Positions 26,001 through 38,721 of a DNA stretch of 64,000 nucleotides are shown here, piece after piece. The DNA is from Octopus sinensis (Eukaryota): NCBI RefSeq assembly GCF_006345805.1, contig NC_043009.1, positions 61,876,001-61,940,000 on the forward strand, read 5' to 3'. The notes beneath the pieces were generated by a model. It did not search any database. It saw nothing but the letters and a program-made list of their open reading frames with translations, and had not been told where the DNA came from. A program made the translations under genes and the position numbers. How positions within the stretch are numbered: the first letter of the stretch is position 1; each line of letters starts with the position of its first letter.

Positions 26001-27451
26001 GTTTATAAGAAGGAATAAAAAAGAGTGATTTGTTGTTATATTAATAGGAAAGATGGAGTGAGTTGGATTTGATCTCACTATCTCTTTGTTTGCCACAAAG
26101 GCAACGAATGAAGCTAACGTTACAAGGTTAAATTACAAAAATGTTGGGGGGTTTCTAATTTAAGTTCAGATCTCTCCAATGACAACGTTGTGTTTCTTGG
26201 TGGTGGTGGTGGTAGTAGTAGTAGTAGTAGTGATAGTAGTAGTAGTAGTAGTAGTAGTAGTAGAGCTGATGGTGATAATGCTGGTGATATTGATGGTGGC
26301 ACTGGTGTTGAAATAGTTGTGGTGGTGGTGGTGATGATGTTGGTGGTGATGCTGTTTAACCATATATAAATTCTGGTTGAACAAACCTATAATCAAAGCT
26401 TTCCAGCTATGACCATCCTGTGTTTCTCTTAAGTATAGTGAACTCAGGACCATATTATCTGATGAGCTCTTCTTTTCTAAATTGGAAGTGTGTGATTTAA
26501 GAAATATTAGGCTGCTATTTATTGCAAGTCAAGTGACCACATTGGTGGTGGTATGGTGTGGTGATGGTGGTGGTAATTGTCAGTGATATTTGACAAATAG
26601 CATAAGATCCTTATAGGTGAGGTTCACAACTGTTTTAATTTTCTGGCTGTAGTCATTCCAATTTACCTGAGAAAGTATGAACGTCCACCCATCTATCCAT
26701 CTTGTCTACCCACTATCCCTGGAAAGGTTGTAGCGGGATTAAATCCCCAAGCACCTCCTTCATAGAGTCCTATCAGAAGCAACTGGCATTACACTTTCTG
26801 GCTGGACTCCCCCAAGCTTGACCTACTGACGTTATGGATTGGATATTATCCAACCGTCTCATTCTTCATCTACCTCTAGTCTACCCCAAGGTCTCCGGCC
26901 GGTTGGCTCAGCTTGAAGAATCCATTTTGTTCTTCTTTCCTGCAACAATTCTAACCGCATGTCAGTCATATCAAAGCTGTTACCTCTCAATGGGGAGAAG
27001 CAGTGGCTTAATCTGAAGATTGATAATTCTATGCTATTTTAATATCAATAGAAACAACTAGATCTCTGTAACATTTTACACCTGCCTATAGTTACCTATG
27101 TTATAGATGCCTTATAGACTGTATCTCTGATAATACTGTCAGTTGAACTTTTAGTGAATTCAAATCTGCTTCAAACTGACTTGCATCTGAAGTTGTTCTT
27201 TCTTCAGTTATATTCGCTTATAGTTGCAACCATTGGTATTAACTGAAAGTCTCTAGTACCAACAGCTCCTAAGACTTCATGCACCTGAAATCATTGGTTG
27301 TTTATCTTTGCAAGATTTAAAACTACTGCGCTTTATTTTTCCAGAAAATTAAAAAAATTTTTACTTCAAACATTATTGACAACCATATTTGTGAAAATGC
27401 GTTGAGAGATGTGTATACCTGTTTAGATTACATCACAATATTGGGTTAGAT

Positions 27452-27639
27452 CAGGGGTCCCCAAACTTTCTAGACCATCGACCCCTTCATGGAATACTTG
27501 ACCCCTCATCAACCCCCAGTCATGTACTGGAAAATAAATAAATAATAATAATTAAGTAGATGTGCATTTATCAACCCCCTTGAAAAGTCCCAGTGACCCC
27601 CACCCCCGAGGTCAATATTGACCACTTTGGAGACCCCTG
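27452..27639. mobile_element. 188-bp hAT (Charlie-like) MITE with a perfect 8-bp TSD
   Basis: TIRs CAGGGGTCCCCAAA and TTTGGAGACCCCTG; GGTTAGAT on both flanks (27444-27451 and 27640-27647). Confidence 0.92.
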
Positions 27640-27744
27640 GGTTAGATTAAAAACAGGAACTTCACAAAAAAAATCTAACTTTTTATAATTTGTTTGTAAA
27701 TATAATATGACACAGAATAATGATAAATGTAAGTTTTCAACTGT

Positions 27745-27990
27745 GAAGGCATGTGGCCGAGTGGTTAGGGTGTTTCTCTCACAATTGTAAGATTGTGATT
27801 TCAATTCCTGGACTGGGTGGTGCACTCTGTTCTTGAGCAAAAGACACTTTATTTCATATTGTCCCGGTTGTAAATGAAGACCAGCAATAGTTGTGAAGTT
27901 AACCTTGTGATGAATCGACATTCTGTTCAGGGAAGAGAGTTATTATCTCAATCACTTATAAACCATGGAAACCATGCTATACTCTGGATC
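27745..27990 (+). mobile_element. tRNA-derived SINE family C copy
   Basis: TGGCCGAGTGGTTAGGG A-box, TTCAATTCC B-box-like, GTTCTTGAGCAAA core. Related copies at ~30385-30660, 30755-31080, 32843-33075 and 62600-62820 (-). Confidence 0.7.
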
Positions 27991-28999
27991 CCTAAGCATC
28001 ATTACAAACCAAAAACCCTAAATTTTTAATAGAATTGTATGAAATTAGTCATTATGTATTGCATTTTGTCACTTCATATTCAGTTCCTCTTAAAGAAATG
28101 TTTGTGCCTACTAAATAAGCATATCTTGCATTTTGGGTGTGTTTGCCTGATATTCCTGATGGGTTCTTTGCTTTTCTGAAAAAAAATCCCAAAATACCTC
28201 TAATTGATGCTGAGATTTTGCTCTCAGAGGAAGCTGTAATGACAACAATGACTTTAAAAACAGCTACTAGACAGTCGCTCAAGGCTTAAGTTGATAAACA
28301 TATGTCACTTACTGTCAAAACAGACACTAAATAATAGGCCTGTGGTGTAGCATTTGTCTTTTAATAATAAAACCCTGATTGTTGTTGAGAAAAATCATTG
28401 TGCAGTTGATGAAGGCTTATGCAATAATTGAGGCTGTCAAAAAGTGACACTGTTTTCTTTTAAGCAAATGATTTACTCTTGGTAAATGATTTAACTGGTC
28501 TGAAATCCATAGCTTGTGTGTTCAATCAAAAGCACAACAATTAATATTAAAAAGTAATAAAGTATGAAACCAGTAATTAGAAATTTTATTCTGTGACATT
28601 GTCGTTGATCTGGATCTGTTAATGCTGTTATGGATGCACTATTGTGTAACGTTTGTGGTGCTGCTTTGCATAATAACCATTTAGAACTCCTCAAATCTCT
28701 CTGCTATCCTGGTACTACAAAGTCGACACAGTTTGTTAGGGTCCAAAATCTTATGTATTCAGTGGGTGACTTCACACACATTGTTTCTAGATGCCATATA
28801 TACCAAAAGTTAAAGCAACGGTCAAACTAATGAACCTTCCACACACTTGCATTAGAAGGCAATTGGAAGAGTGAGAAAATATTCTAAGATATTCTTCTCA
28901 CTTGATAATTTGTATTGTTCTAAAAATAATGGTTGTGATTTGTACATTTTCTTTTAAGGATGTGCTAATTTCAAGCAATAATAATAGTAATAATGATAA

Positions 29000-29185
29000 C
29001 CCTTTCTACTGAAGACACAAGGCCTTGAAATTTTGGGGGAGGGGACCAGTTGATTACATCGACCCCAAAAGGATGAAAGACAAAGTTGACCTCAGTGGAA
29101 TTTGAACTCAGAATGTAAGGACGGGCAAAATGCTGCTAAATATTTTGCCCAGTGTGCTAATGATTCTGCCAGCTTGCCGCCTTAA
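29000..29185 (-). mobile_element. SINE family B copy
   Basis: Reverse complement of the family B head and core. Confidence 0.8.
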
Positions 29186-29997
29186 TGATGATAATAATAA
29201 TGATGATGATGATGATGATAATAAAATGATCGAATCTCCATGAGAGTCTGCAATTGGTGTTTGTCATTGCATTAAAGTACTTTATAAACTGCTACCTTTG
29301 GACTGTCTTGTCTTAAACTGCCTTACCTCCTGAGATATTCCTGCTTTAGTTACCTGAATACATTTCCCCTCCTCTAATTTCTTATAGATTTGTGTGTATA
29401 TATCAAATATTGTATCTTCATTATTGGGCAGTTATAGAAAATTGTTTGGGATGTTTCAGGACCTGTCTGTTATGTCTTCAAATCACAATGACTTTTATTT
29501 GGTTTATTTATTTCAAAACCTTGCTATTCTAGGTTCAATTCGTGATAGGGTTGATTTGGTATAACTGTTTCAGGACCTTATTATTCTGGGTTCAAATCCT
29601 GCTTCAAATATAAATCCATACCAGTGTTATGTGATCCACTCAGATGATTCATCGTCTGCTACTGAAAAATTAACCTTGTGACTAATTAAAGGAAATTATT
29701 AGTTTTGTCATTCTTAGTTCATTCCACTAAATTCAACATAAATTTTCATTCCCCTGGGGTTGATTACATTACCTGTCATGACCTGGATTTAATTCAGTTG
29801 ACATCACCATTTCTTGAATTTAGTTATTTTGTACCAGTGGTGGAAACAGTTATTATCAAACTCATTTCCAGTGTTGAAGTTGTTGCATAACCTCAATCAA
29901 ATCTATAACATTGTTGATGATATTGTGTTGCTCTGACCAAAATACCTTTTGTGTAGGTGTAGTGTTGTTGCCATTCCAGCATAACCCTGATAATGAT

Positions 29998-30342
29998 AAA
30001 ACCAAGAGTACTCAGAGAGCACAAACCTCTGCCAAAGCAACACTAGATGATTTTTCAAATTATAATATCTGAAATAAACTTGAATACTAAATAAACGAGA
30101 ATACTAAAAATGAACCCGACTTCTCTCAAAAATTAAGTAAAAACAGGAAAAATAATCCAGAATCCTTGTCCAGTACTGGATTGATCCCAAAATCTAATCA
30201 GTTTGTGCTAGTCACGAGGCCAAACATTTCTGAAAGTTTCATCCAAATCCATCCAGCGGTTCTTGAGATATCTTGTCCACAGACAGACAAAGAAACACAA
30301 TTAATAACAATACCTCTGCCTTAGTGAAGGTGAAGGTAATAA
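29998..30342. mobile_element. Helentron-associated non-autonomous element (HINE/DINE-like)
   Basis: ACCTCTGCC near both ends (30025-30033 and 30312-30320), internal ACAGACAGAC microsatellite, terminal stem-loop ACCTCTGCCTTAGTGAAGGTGAAGGT followed by an A-rich flank. Confidence 0.6.
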
Positions 30343-31619
30343 CGATAAAATAACCTTTATTGTTGGTGTAGTGTTAGTAGTGTGAAGATGCCTGGTCTTG
30401 TGGCTAGGGTGTTATATTCACGATCATAGCATTCTGGTTTTGATACTTGAACTGAGAGGTGAATTCTGTTCTTGAGCAAAACACTTCATCCCATATTGAT
30501 CCATCCCACTCAGCTATAAATGAGTTCCAGCAATTGTTGGGAAGTTAACCATGTGACAGACTGGTGTTCCATCCAGGGAGGAGTGCTGTAATCTAAATCA
30601 CTTATACATCATAGAAACTGTGTTAAGCCCTGGCAGTATGAGTCCTGGGGCTCATAACAAACCTGTGTATTGGTTGTGGTGGCATTGTAGGGAAGTCTTG
30701 ATTAAACAAACCACTTATGTTGGTGTGGTATTAGTGGTCCTGTAGCAGTGCAGTGAAGACATGTGGCTTAGCAGTTAGGATACTCAGCTCATAATTGTAA
30801 GGCCACGAGTTCAATACCTGGCAGCATGCTGTGTCCTTGAGCAAGGCTCTATATTTCATGTGGCCCTAGTCCACTCAGTTGGCAAAAAAGAGATGCACTG
30901 GTAATTCAAAGGACAAAATTTGTCACATTTTGTGTCACACTGAATCTCCACAAGAACCACATTAAGGGTACGCATGATTTTGGAGTTATCAGTCCCTTGC
31001 ATGTTGATTTCACGAGCAAGCTGTTCTGTTGATCTGATCAACAGAATCATTTGTTGTTGTAATTGATGGAGTACCAGTTGAAGTGCAATCTCGATCAAAC
31101 AAACCTGTAGTGTTGATGATGGTGTTGTATAATCCTAATCCAGCAAAATTATTATATTAGTGTTGTCATGTAGCCCTGTTCCCCCCCCCCAAGTATATTG
31201 TGTTGGTATAGTATTAGAAGTAATGTTACTGTAGTGTAGCCCTGAATAAACAAACTTGCAATGTCCAGGTAGTGTTTAAATGGTGGTGTTAGGTGTTACT
31301 CTGCAACCCCAGTCAGCTGTGACTGAGTATGCTTGTAGCTTATATCTAGTCAGTTATCATTGTTTATATTCAGGTAAACTTTAACTTAAGATCTGAGTCG
31401 TTCCTGCTATGACCATCCATCTCATTGTTTATTGTGCATCTAGGACCACATCTAACGTAGTCTTCTTTAAGACGATAAGTTGCCATTTAAGGATTGCTAT
31501 TTACAGTAGGTTCAACAATCTCATATATACTCTCTTGTTGGTTCATATTTAGCCAGCTGGACAGTTAAGATAGAACCCATAGACCTGATTCTCCAGATAA
31601 ACTATCTAATTGAGGACTA

Positions 31620-32632
31620 CAATCATCATACGTCCGTTTTCCATACTAGCATGGGTTGGACAGTTCGACTGGGGTCTGGGAAGCCAGGAGGCTGCACCAG
31701 ACTCCAGTCTGATCTGGCAGTGTTTCTACAGCTGGATGTCCTTCCTAGCACCAACCACTCCGTGAGTGTAGTGGGTGCTTTTTACCACCGGCACAGGGGC
31801 TAGATTGGTTGGTGCTTTTTATGTGCCACCAGCACGGAAGCCAGTTAACACAGCGCTGGCATTGGCCATGTTTGGATAGTGCTTTTTACATGCCACTGGC
31901 ATGGGTATCACAACTACAATTTCCATTTGATTTTTATTCTGTTGTTGATGTACTTGACTCAGTAGGTCTCCTCAAGCACAGCAGGTCACCCTACGAGCCA
32001 AGGTACTTTTGAATAGGCTGAGGTTGGTTATGCGAAACTGGTGTAGGATACAGCCGTGAACTCACTTTATTTGCCGGGTCTTCGCAATCACAGCCTATCT
32101 CCAGAGGTCTCAGCCTTTCGTCATTGCATCTGTGAGGCCCAACGTTCGAAGGTCATGCTTGACCACCTCATCCCATATTGTCCTGGGTCTACCTCTACCC
32201 TGGATTCGTTCAACTGTTTGGGAGTGGCTCTTCTTCGCATATCTCTCCTCATCCATCCGTAGTACATGACCATATCAGTGCAAACGTCTCTCTTGCATGC
32301 CACATCCGATGCTTCTTATGTCCAACTTTTCTCTCAGGGCGCTTACACTCTGTTGTTTGTGCACACTGACATTACACATCCATCGGATCATGCTAGCTTC
32401 ATTTCTTTAGAGCCTACACATGTCCTCCACAGTCACGGCCCATGTTTCACTGCCGTGGAGCATGGCAGTTCGCACAAATGCATCGTACAATCTACCTTTT
32501 ACTCTGAGCGAGGGGGCCCTTTGTCACCAGTAGGGGTAGAAGCTTTCTAAACTTTGCCTCGGCTATTCTTATTTTAGTGGTAACACTCTCTAAGCATCCC
32601 CTCCCCACTGCTAACTTCGTCACCTAGGTAGT
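31620..32632 (-). mobile_element. 5'-truncated RTE-clade LINE (ORF C-terminus plus 3' UTR)
   Basis: Minus strand YLGDEVSSGEGCLESVTTKIRIAEAKFRKLLPLL, followed by frameshifted HGSETW, RWMC and WYGHV-like blocks typical of the RTE C-terminus. The 3' UTR is shared with many short copies. Confidence 0.88.
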
Positions 32633-32842
32633 GACCCTTGGGAATCCAAAGAAGATTTTGTTGTTAAAATTTCTGTGCAATGAATTGCATATACTTCTCC
32701 AATACACAAAATATTTTATCAATTTTTTTAATACAATTCCCAATAATATTTAATTATAAAAATATAATAGGATTTTTCAAAATATTGAATTTTTATGAGG
32801 GACCATCCAAGTAAAGTAAATATTAAAGGGAGTCCATATGTG

Positions 32843-33075
32843 GAGGTGTGTGGTTTAGTGGTTAGGGTTTAGGACTCATGATAGTAAGATTGTGGTTTTT
32901 ATTCCTGGACCGGGCGATGCGTTGTGTTCTTGAGCAAAGCACTTCATTTCACGTTGCTCCAGTCCACTCAGCTGGCAGAAAGGAGTAATCCTGTGATGGA
33001 CTGGTGTCCCATCCAGGTGGGACATTTATACGCCATAGAAACCGGGAAACTGGGCCTTATGGGTCAGCATGAGAG
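32843..33075 (+). mobile_element. SINE family C, well-preserved copy
   Basis: TGGTTTAGTGGTTAGGG...ATTCCTGGACCGGGCGATGCGTTGTGTTCTTGAGCAAAGCACTTCATTTCAC. Confidence 0.75.
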
Positions 33076-33249
33076 ACTTTTCAGTGGACACATAAGCTCA
33101 GATTTCAGGGCTGTCAGCAATGGAGTAGAGTAAAATAGAACCAGTGGAGTGAGGACAGTTGCTGTTTCTCTACACTTGTCCCTGATGGTTTGTGTCCCAG
33201 GCTAGAAGGTACATAAATGGTTTCAGATTTAGAACATTCTACTAAATCT

Positions 33250-33447
33250 GGCCCTCGTGCCGGTGGCACGTACAAAGCACCCCCTACACTCTCGGAGTGG
33301 TTGGCGTTAGGAAGGGCATCAAGCTGTAGAAACTCTGCCAGATCAAGATTGGAGCCTGGTGCAGCCATCTGGTTTGCCAGTCCTCAGTCAAATCGTCCAA
33401 CCCATGCTAGCATGGAAAGTGGACATTAAACAATGATGATGATGATC
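33250..33447 (+). mobile_element. RTE 3' end fragment
   Basis: Inverted copy of 31625-31800; ends in (GAT)n. Confidence 0.8.
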
Positions 33448-33899
33448 CAACCGTCTTTTCTTTGACATTCTTACTTGAAATTACTGTAGAAGGTATTTTT
33501 GCAAAAAAACAAAAACAAAAAAAAACGATCTGTAGTATACTGACCAAATTCATCATCATCATTGTTGTTGTTCTGTTGCCTCACCAAAAATGGTTTGGCG
33601 GTGGGAGTGGGGAGGCTCTTCAACATTTTTGAAAATGAAAGTTCCATATAATAAAATCAGTGTTGCTTTTGTAAGGAGTGTCTCCTTTGGTATTTTCATT
33701 TCTACTTGACTTTCTAACATCATCCATATTTGTATGTGTTTGTTCTACTTACATGCATTACGATACATGTGCGCATATGCACACACATACACACATCTTA
33801 CTTGTACAAATGTTCAAATTTGAAGAAACTATCCCACTTTTATTCCCTAGTAAAAAGAAATGGGCCTAAAATTGAATGTATATATCATGTATATATCAA

Positions 33900-34000
33900 G
33901 GTATACTAGGGTGTGTGTGTATATGGATGTGCGTATATATATATATATATATATACATCCATACACATACATGCATATATATAAGTATGTATGGATGTAT

Positions 34001-34051
<51 letters not shown>

Positions 34052-34058
34052 ATGGTTG

Positions 34059-34093
<35 letters not shown>

Positions 34094-34100
34094 ATGGTTG

Positions 34101-34133
<33 letters not shown>

Positions 34134-34355
34134 ATGGTTGTATATATATATATATTATGTGTGTGTGTGTGTGTGTGTATGGTTGTATATATATATATAT
34201 GTTGTGTGTGTGTGTATGGTTGTATATATATATATATGTGTGTGTGTGTGTGGTATGGTTGTATATATATAATATATATGTGTGTGTGTGTGTGTGTGTG
34301 TATGGTGTATATATATATATATATGTGTATGGATGTATATATATGTGTATAGATC

Positions 34356-34396
<41 letters not shown>

Positions 34397-34458
34397 ATGG
34401 TTGTATATATATATATATATATGTGTATGGATGTATATATATGTGTATAGATCTATCT
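33900..34458. repeat. Higher-order compound satellite [(TG)n-TATGGTTG-(TA)n]
   Basis: The TATGGTTG/TATGGATG anchor recurs about 10 times between dinucleotide runs of variable length. Confidence 0.9.
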
Positions 34459-34459
34459 A

Positions 34460-34843
34460 CTCAAATCGTCCTGTCGAAAGACCCTTGTCCTACGTCCTGG
34501 TTTTGTTTTGTTGTTTATTTTTTATTTTTACCGTTATTGTTTTTACGTTTTTGTATTCTTATTGGTGTCACGATTCTGTATTTTTGTTTGTGTACTTCGA
34601 TCGTTTTCCGTCCTTCGTTGTATACATTCGAAGCTTTCTTCCAGGGGTTCTAATGCGCTTGGCTTAGATTTCCCTGGCGGGCTGGCCATATCGGAGCAAT
34701 CTCAAGATTAATCAGCCGAAATTGCTAAGATGATCTGGTTCTTGACTGATGATGAGGGCTTCGAATGTCCCGTCCTGTGGTTCTTGTGTCGTCTCTGTGG
34801 TGTTTCATGTTCTTGTCCATGTCTGTATTAATTTTACTGTTTA

Positions 34844-34845
<2 letters not shown>
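34460..34845. repeat. CpG-rich interspersed repeat embedded in (TA)n, class uncertain
   Basis: Bounded by (TA)n on both sides; internal inverted repeat ACATTCGAAGC / GCTTCGAATGT. Confidence 0.4.
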
Positions 34846-34894
<49 letters not shown>

Positions 34895-35758
34895 ATATAT
34901 ATATTATATATATATATATATTCTAACATCTGTTTTTCCATGCACACGAGGGTTGGACAGTTATTTTTTTAGTAAGTGACAGAGCTGTTGAAATGTGGCC
35001 CAAACCCCTTATGTGTATACTCAGGAGTTCTAAATGGGAGTGTAAGATTGGTCCCAGGGAGTAAGGGTGTGTCTTGTTTCACCCCACTTCCATCATTGTT
35101 ATCACACTGTGTTCAGCGCTTATCATTGAAAAATGATATTTTTTTTTACCAACTTTAATTAATCCAACGATGCCAAACCTGATGAAATATTATTCTTCAT
35201 CATTCAACCATTTAGTGTGTGTGTGAGAGAGAGAGACAGAGAGAGAAAGGGAGCATATAAGGAATTATGCTAAATATTATAGCCATTTTTTATACATGTG
35301 AACGTTTTAGAATGGTATTTATTTGGAATTTGAACTAAATGGTATAGCTGTTTCTCATATTTAACATTATAACCATTTATTATATATTTGGTGATGTAAT
35401 ATGATTAGGCTGGTTGGCTAAAAATGCATTGCGAGTTGATAGTGATGGCGTTTACATTATTTTGTCTATATAACCCCAAGTCAGACCTGATTGAGCAGAC
35501 CTATGATCAAAGGCATTCCACTGATAATCATTCCTTTTTTAGATATCATGTGCCCCACCCTTGGGCTATATTATCTAATCTGCCTTTGTATGACTGTTGG
35601 GTGTAATTTGAAGGAGATTCAATTGCTATTTCTAGCAGGTTTAGTAACTATATAGAAGCTCCCCTTGATTCTCTTATGATTTAGGCAGGAGGGTGAGGGC
35701 AGGGCCCATAGCCTTTACAAACCCATTGTTCAGATAGATATATTCAGTAGAGTTTGAC

Positions 35759-36006
35759 CAGTGGGTCTCAGTTTTTTCCCCTTATGGACCCCTTTGATTC
35801 TTATTTTACTCTACTGGACCCTCATAGCCATTCAGTACTTTAAAAAAATCCTATTATATTTTTTATAATTAAATGTTATTAGGAATTGCATGAAAAAAAC
35901 TTAAAATATTTTACTTATTGCAGAAGTATAGCCAATTTATTGCACAAAAATTTTTTCAACAAAATTTGATATCAACCCCTAAAGGTCATATGGTCGAGAA
36001 CTACTG
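35759..36006. mobile_element. hAT-type MITE (same family as 25145-26000)
   Basis: Ends CAGTGGGTCTCA and TCGAGAACTACTG; interior GGACCCC motifs; TSD not preserved. Confidence 0.6.
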
Positions 36007-36559
36007 AGACCAAGGAGAAGATGATGGCTAATAAGATGCCTAGTCATTTTCTCCCAATTCACTGACCATGTCTCCCTAACATAATGCACTATTACACATC
36101 TTCAATCACCCCATTCAATTGTCTACATCCACCGCCCCATGTTCAGTGTCGTGCAGTATTGGGCATCTTACACTCTTTTCTTCATTAATTCCCATACTCA
36201 CTACCATCTACCATCACACGTTATGCATACACTACATTTAACCCTCTACATTCAGTGACCATGTTTCATTGCTGTACAGTGTCGCATATCATATACACAC
36301 ACTATATAATCGTTCACATTCACTGTTCTTGTTTCACTACTATATACACTTATGTAACTTATAGCTCTCTACCTCTGCTTTTTTTTCCCTACCATACACC
36401 ACCTCATGTGGTTCGCTAATTTTACTGACCAAGTTTCATTTTGGTACACCTTCACACATCTTATACACATAACAGAGTCTTGTATTTACTCTTCATGATT
36501 CACTTCTCACATATACTTTGAGTGTATATGTGTGTGTGAAAGTTGAGGGTTTGAACTAT

Positions 36560-36870
36560 TTATCTTTTATTTGTTTCGGTCACTAGTCTGCAGCCATGCT
36601 GGGGCAACACCTTGAAGAATCTTTAGTACTTATCATTTTCTTTTTAAGCCTGATGTTTATTCTTTCAGTCTCTTTTGTCAAACCACTAAGTTATAAGGAC
36701 ATAAAAGCACCAACACCAGTTGTCAATTGGTAGACAGAAAGACACATACACACACATATACAACGGGCTTCTTTCAGTTTTCGTCTACCAAATTTACTCA
36801 CAAGGCTTTGGTTGACCTGAGGCTATAGTAGAAGCTACTTGCTTGGGAAGCAAAATTTTTACCACATGCC
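36560..36870 (-). mobile_element. SINE family A copy
   Basis: Reverse complement of family A. Confidence 0.75.
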
Positions 36871-36986
36871 CACGACCACTATATATATAGATATGTATGT
36901 ATAAGTGTGTTATGTTACTGAGGGCAAGTACCGGCATGTAAGTAATTTAGTACATAGATATTTGTGTGAATAAGTGTGTGTGTGTG

Positions 36987-37038
<52 letters not shown>

Positions 37039-37192
37039 TCACTATTTACTAGAAATGCAGTGAACCAGTGATTGGTCTCTATATAGATACATAAAACATA
37101 TATATATATATACACCTACACACATGTGTATTTGTATACAAATATATATATATATATATTTGCATACAAATACACAGATGTGTGTATGTATA

Positions 37193-37264
<72 letters not shown>

Positions 37265-37364
37265 CTCCTTACTCATATCACTATCGAACCAATAGTTTAA
37301 TTACGGTCTATCCACAGCACTTAGTGTTACTTACCACTCTTTGAGTTTTAGCTGCCAATACCTC

Positions 37365-37397
<33 letters not shown>

Positions 37398-37404
37398 ATA
37401 TATA

Positions 37405-37626
37405 TACTTGTTGCAGTCATTTAACTGAGACCATGCTGGAGCACCACCTTGAAGGGTTTTAGTCAAAATCGACCCCAGGACTTTTTCAAAGCCTAGTACT
37501 TATTTTGTTGGTCTCTTTTGCCAAACTGCTAAGTTACAGGGATGTAAACACACCAATACTGGTTGTGAAGTGGTGATGGAGGTGGCAGTAAACACAGACA
37601 TACACACACTTAGATATACATATACA

Positions 37627-37670
<44 letters not shown>

Positions 37671-37855
37671 CATATATACATGTATATATATATAATGATG
37701 GACTTCTTTCAGTTTCCATCTACTAAATCCACTCACAAGGCTTTGGTCAGCTTGAGGCTATAGAAGACACATGCCCAAGGTGCCATGCAGTGGGACTGAA
37801 CCTGGAATCATGTGGTTGGACAGCAAGCTTCTTACCACACAGCCATGCCTCTACC
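37405..37855 (-). mobile_element. SINE family A copy
   Basis: Reverse complement of family A, full length. Confidence 0.85.
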
Positions 37856-38689
37856 TATGTATGAGTGTGTGTGAATGTGTTTCTTCCTTTCTTGGGCCCT
37901 CAACATCTAATGGAGTTATATGGGTACTTTAGTTTTGTTTTTAGGTATTTAAAATATTGTGGAACTCCAGCCTTACTAGGTTTGAACACTCCCAATTTCT
38001 TTGAGAGAGAGAGAAGAATCAACCCCAGTACTAAACTTATCCAAGGATAAAGGCAAAGTTGACCTTAGCAGGACTTGAACCTAAACCACTTAGAGCTGAA
38101 ACAAATGCCACAGGACATTCTATTCAGTGTCCTAACAACTTTACCAACTCTAAAAGACAGACTAATAGAAACTGAACCATCACATGCTGGGAGACCATTG
38201 ATTATGCTGGGTAATTCAAAATGAACAGCATAATTTTTGAAATATATTCATTACAACACTCACCGGTACTATTCATTTTGAATTGCCATTTTATAGCCCA
38301 TCTCTCATTATATATGTGTATATGCACATATGAATATACCATGTGCTGTTGTAAAATTCTTAAGTGGACCAAGTTCATGAGCTATATTTAATTCTATATA
38401 AAAATCAATTTTACGGGGACTTGTGTTTTTAGGGAGCACATTATCACCAAGACTGAGTCTTTATGCTAAATAATCTTATATACACTGCTATTGTTGTCAT
38501 CATTATTTAACATCCATGATGATAGCTGTATATCTAAACTATGTATAGCATAGTTTGAGGTAATAGATCCTAAGTGCACATTTAGCTCCAAGTTTATTCA
38601 CCTTTAGGTGGCTGTTGGTCTCTTTCAGTTGATGCCAAAATCTATGATTTAACCAATATGGATGGAGTAAAGTATTCTTATATTTTTGA

Positions 38690-38721
<32 letters not shown>

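Noticed and set aside
31483-33593. CArG consensus matches at 31483 and 33584
   Set aside because: One lies inside a repeat copy and the other is an A-tract variant; both expected by chance.
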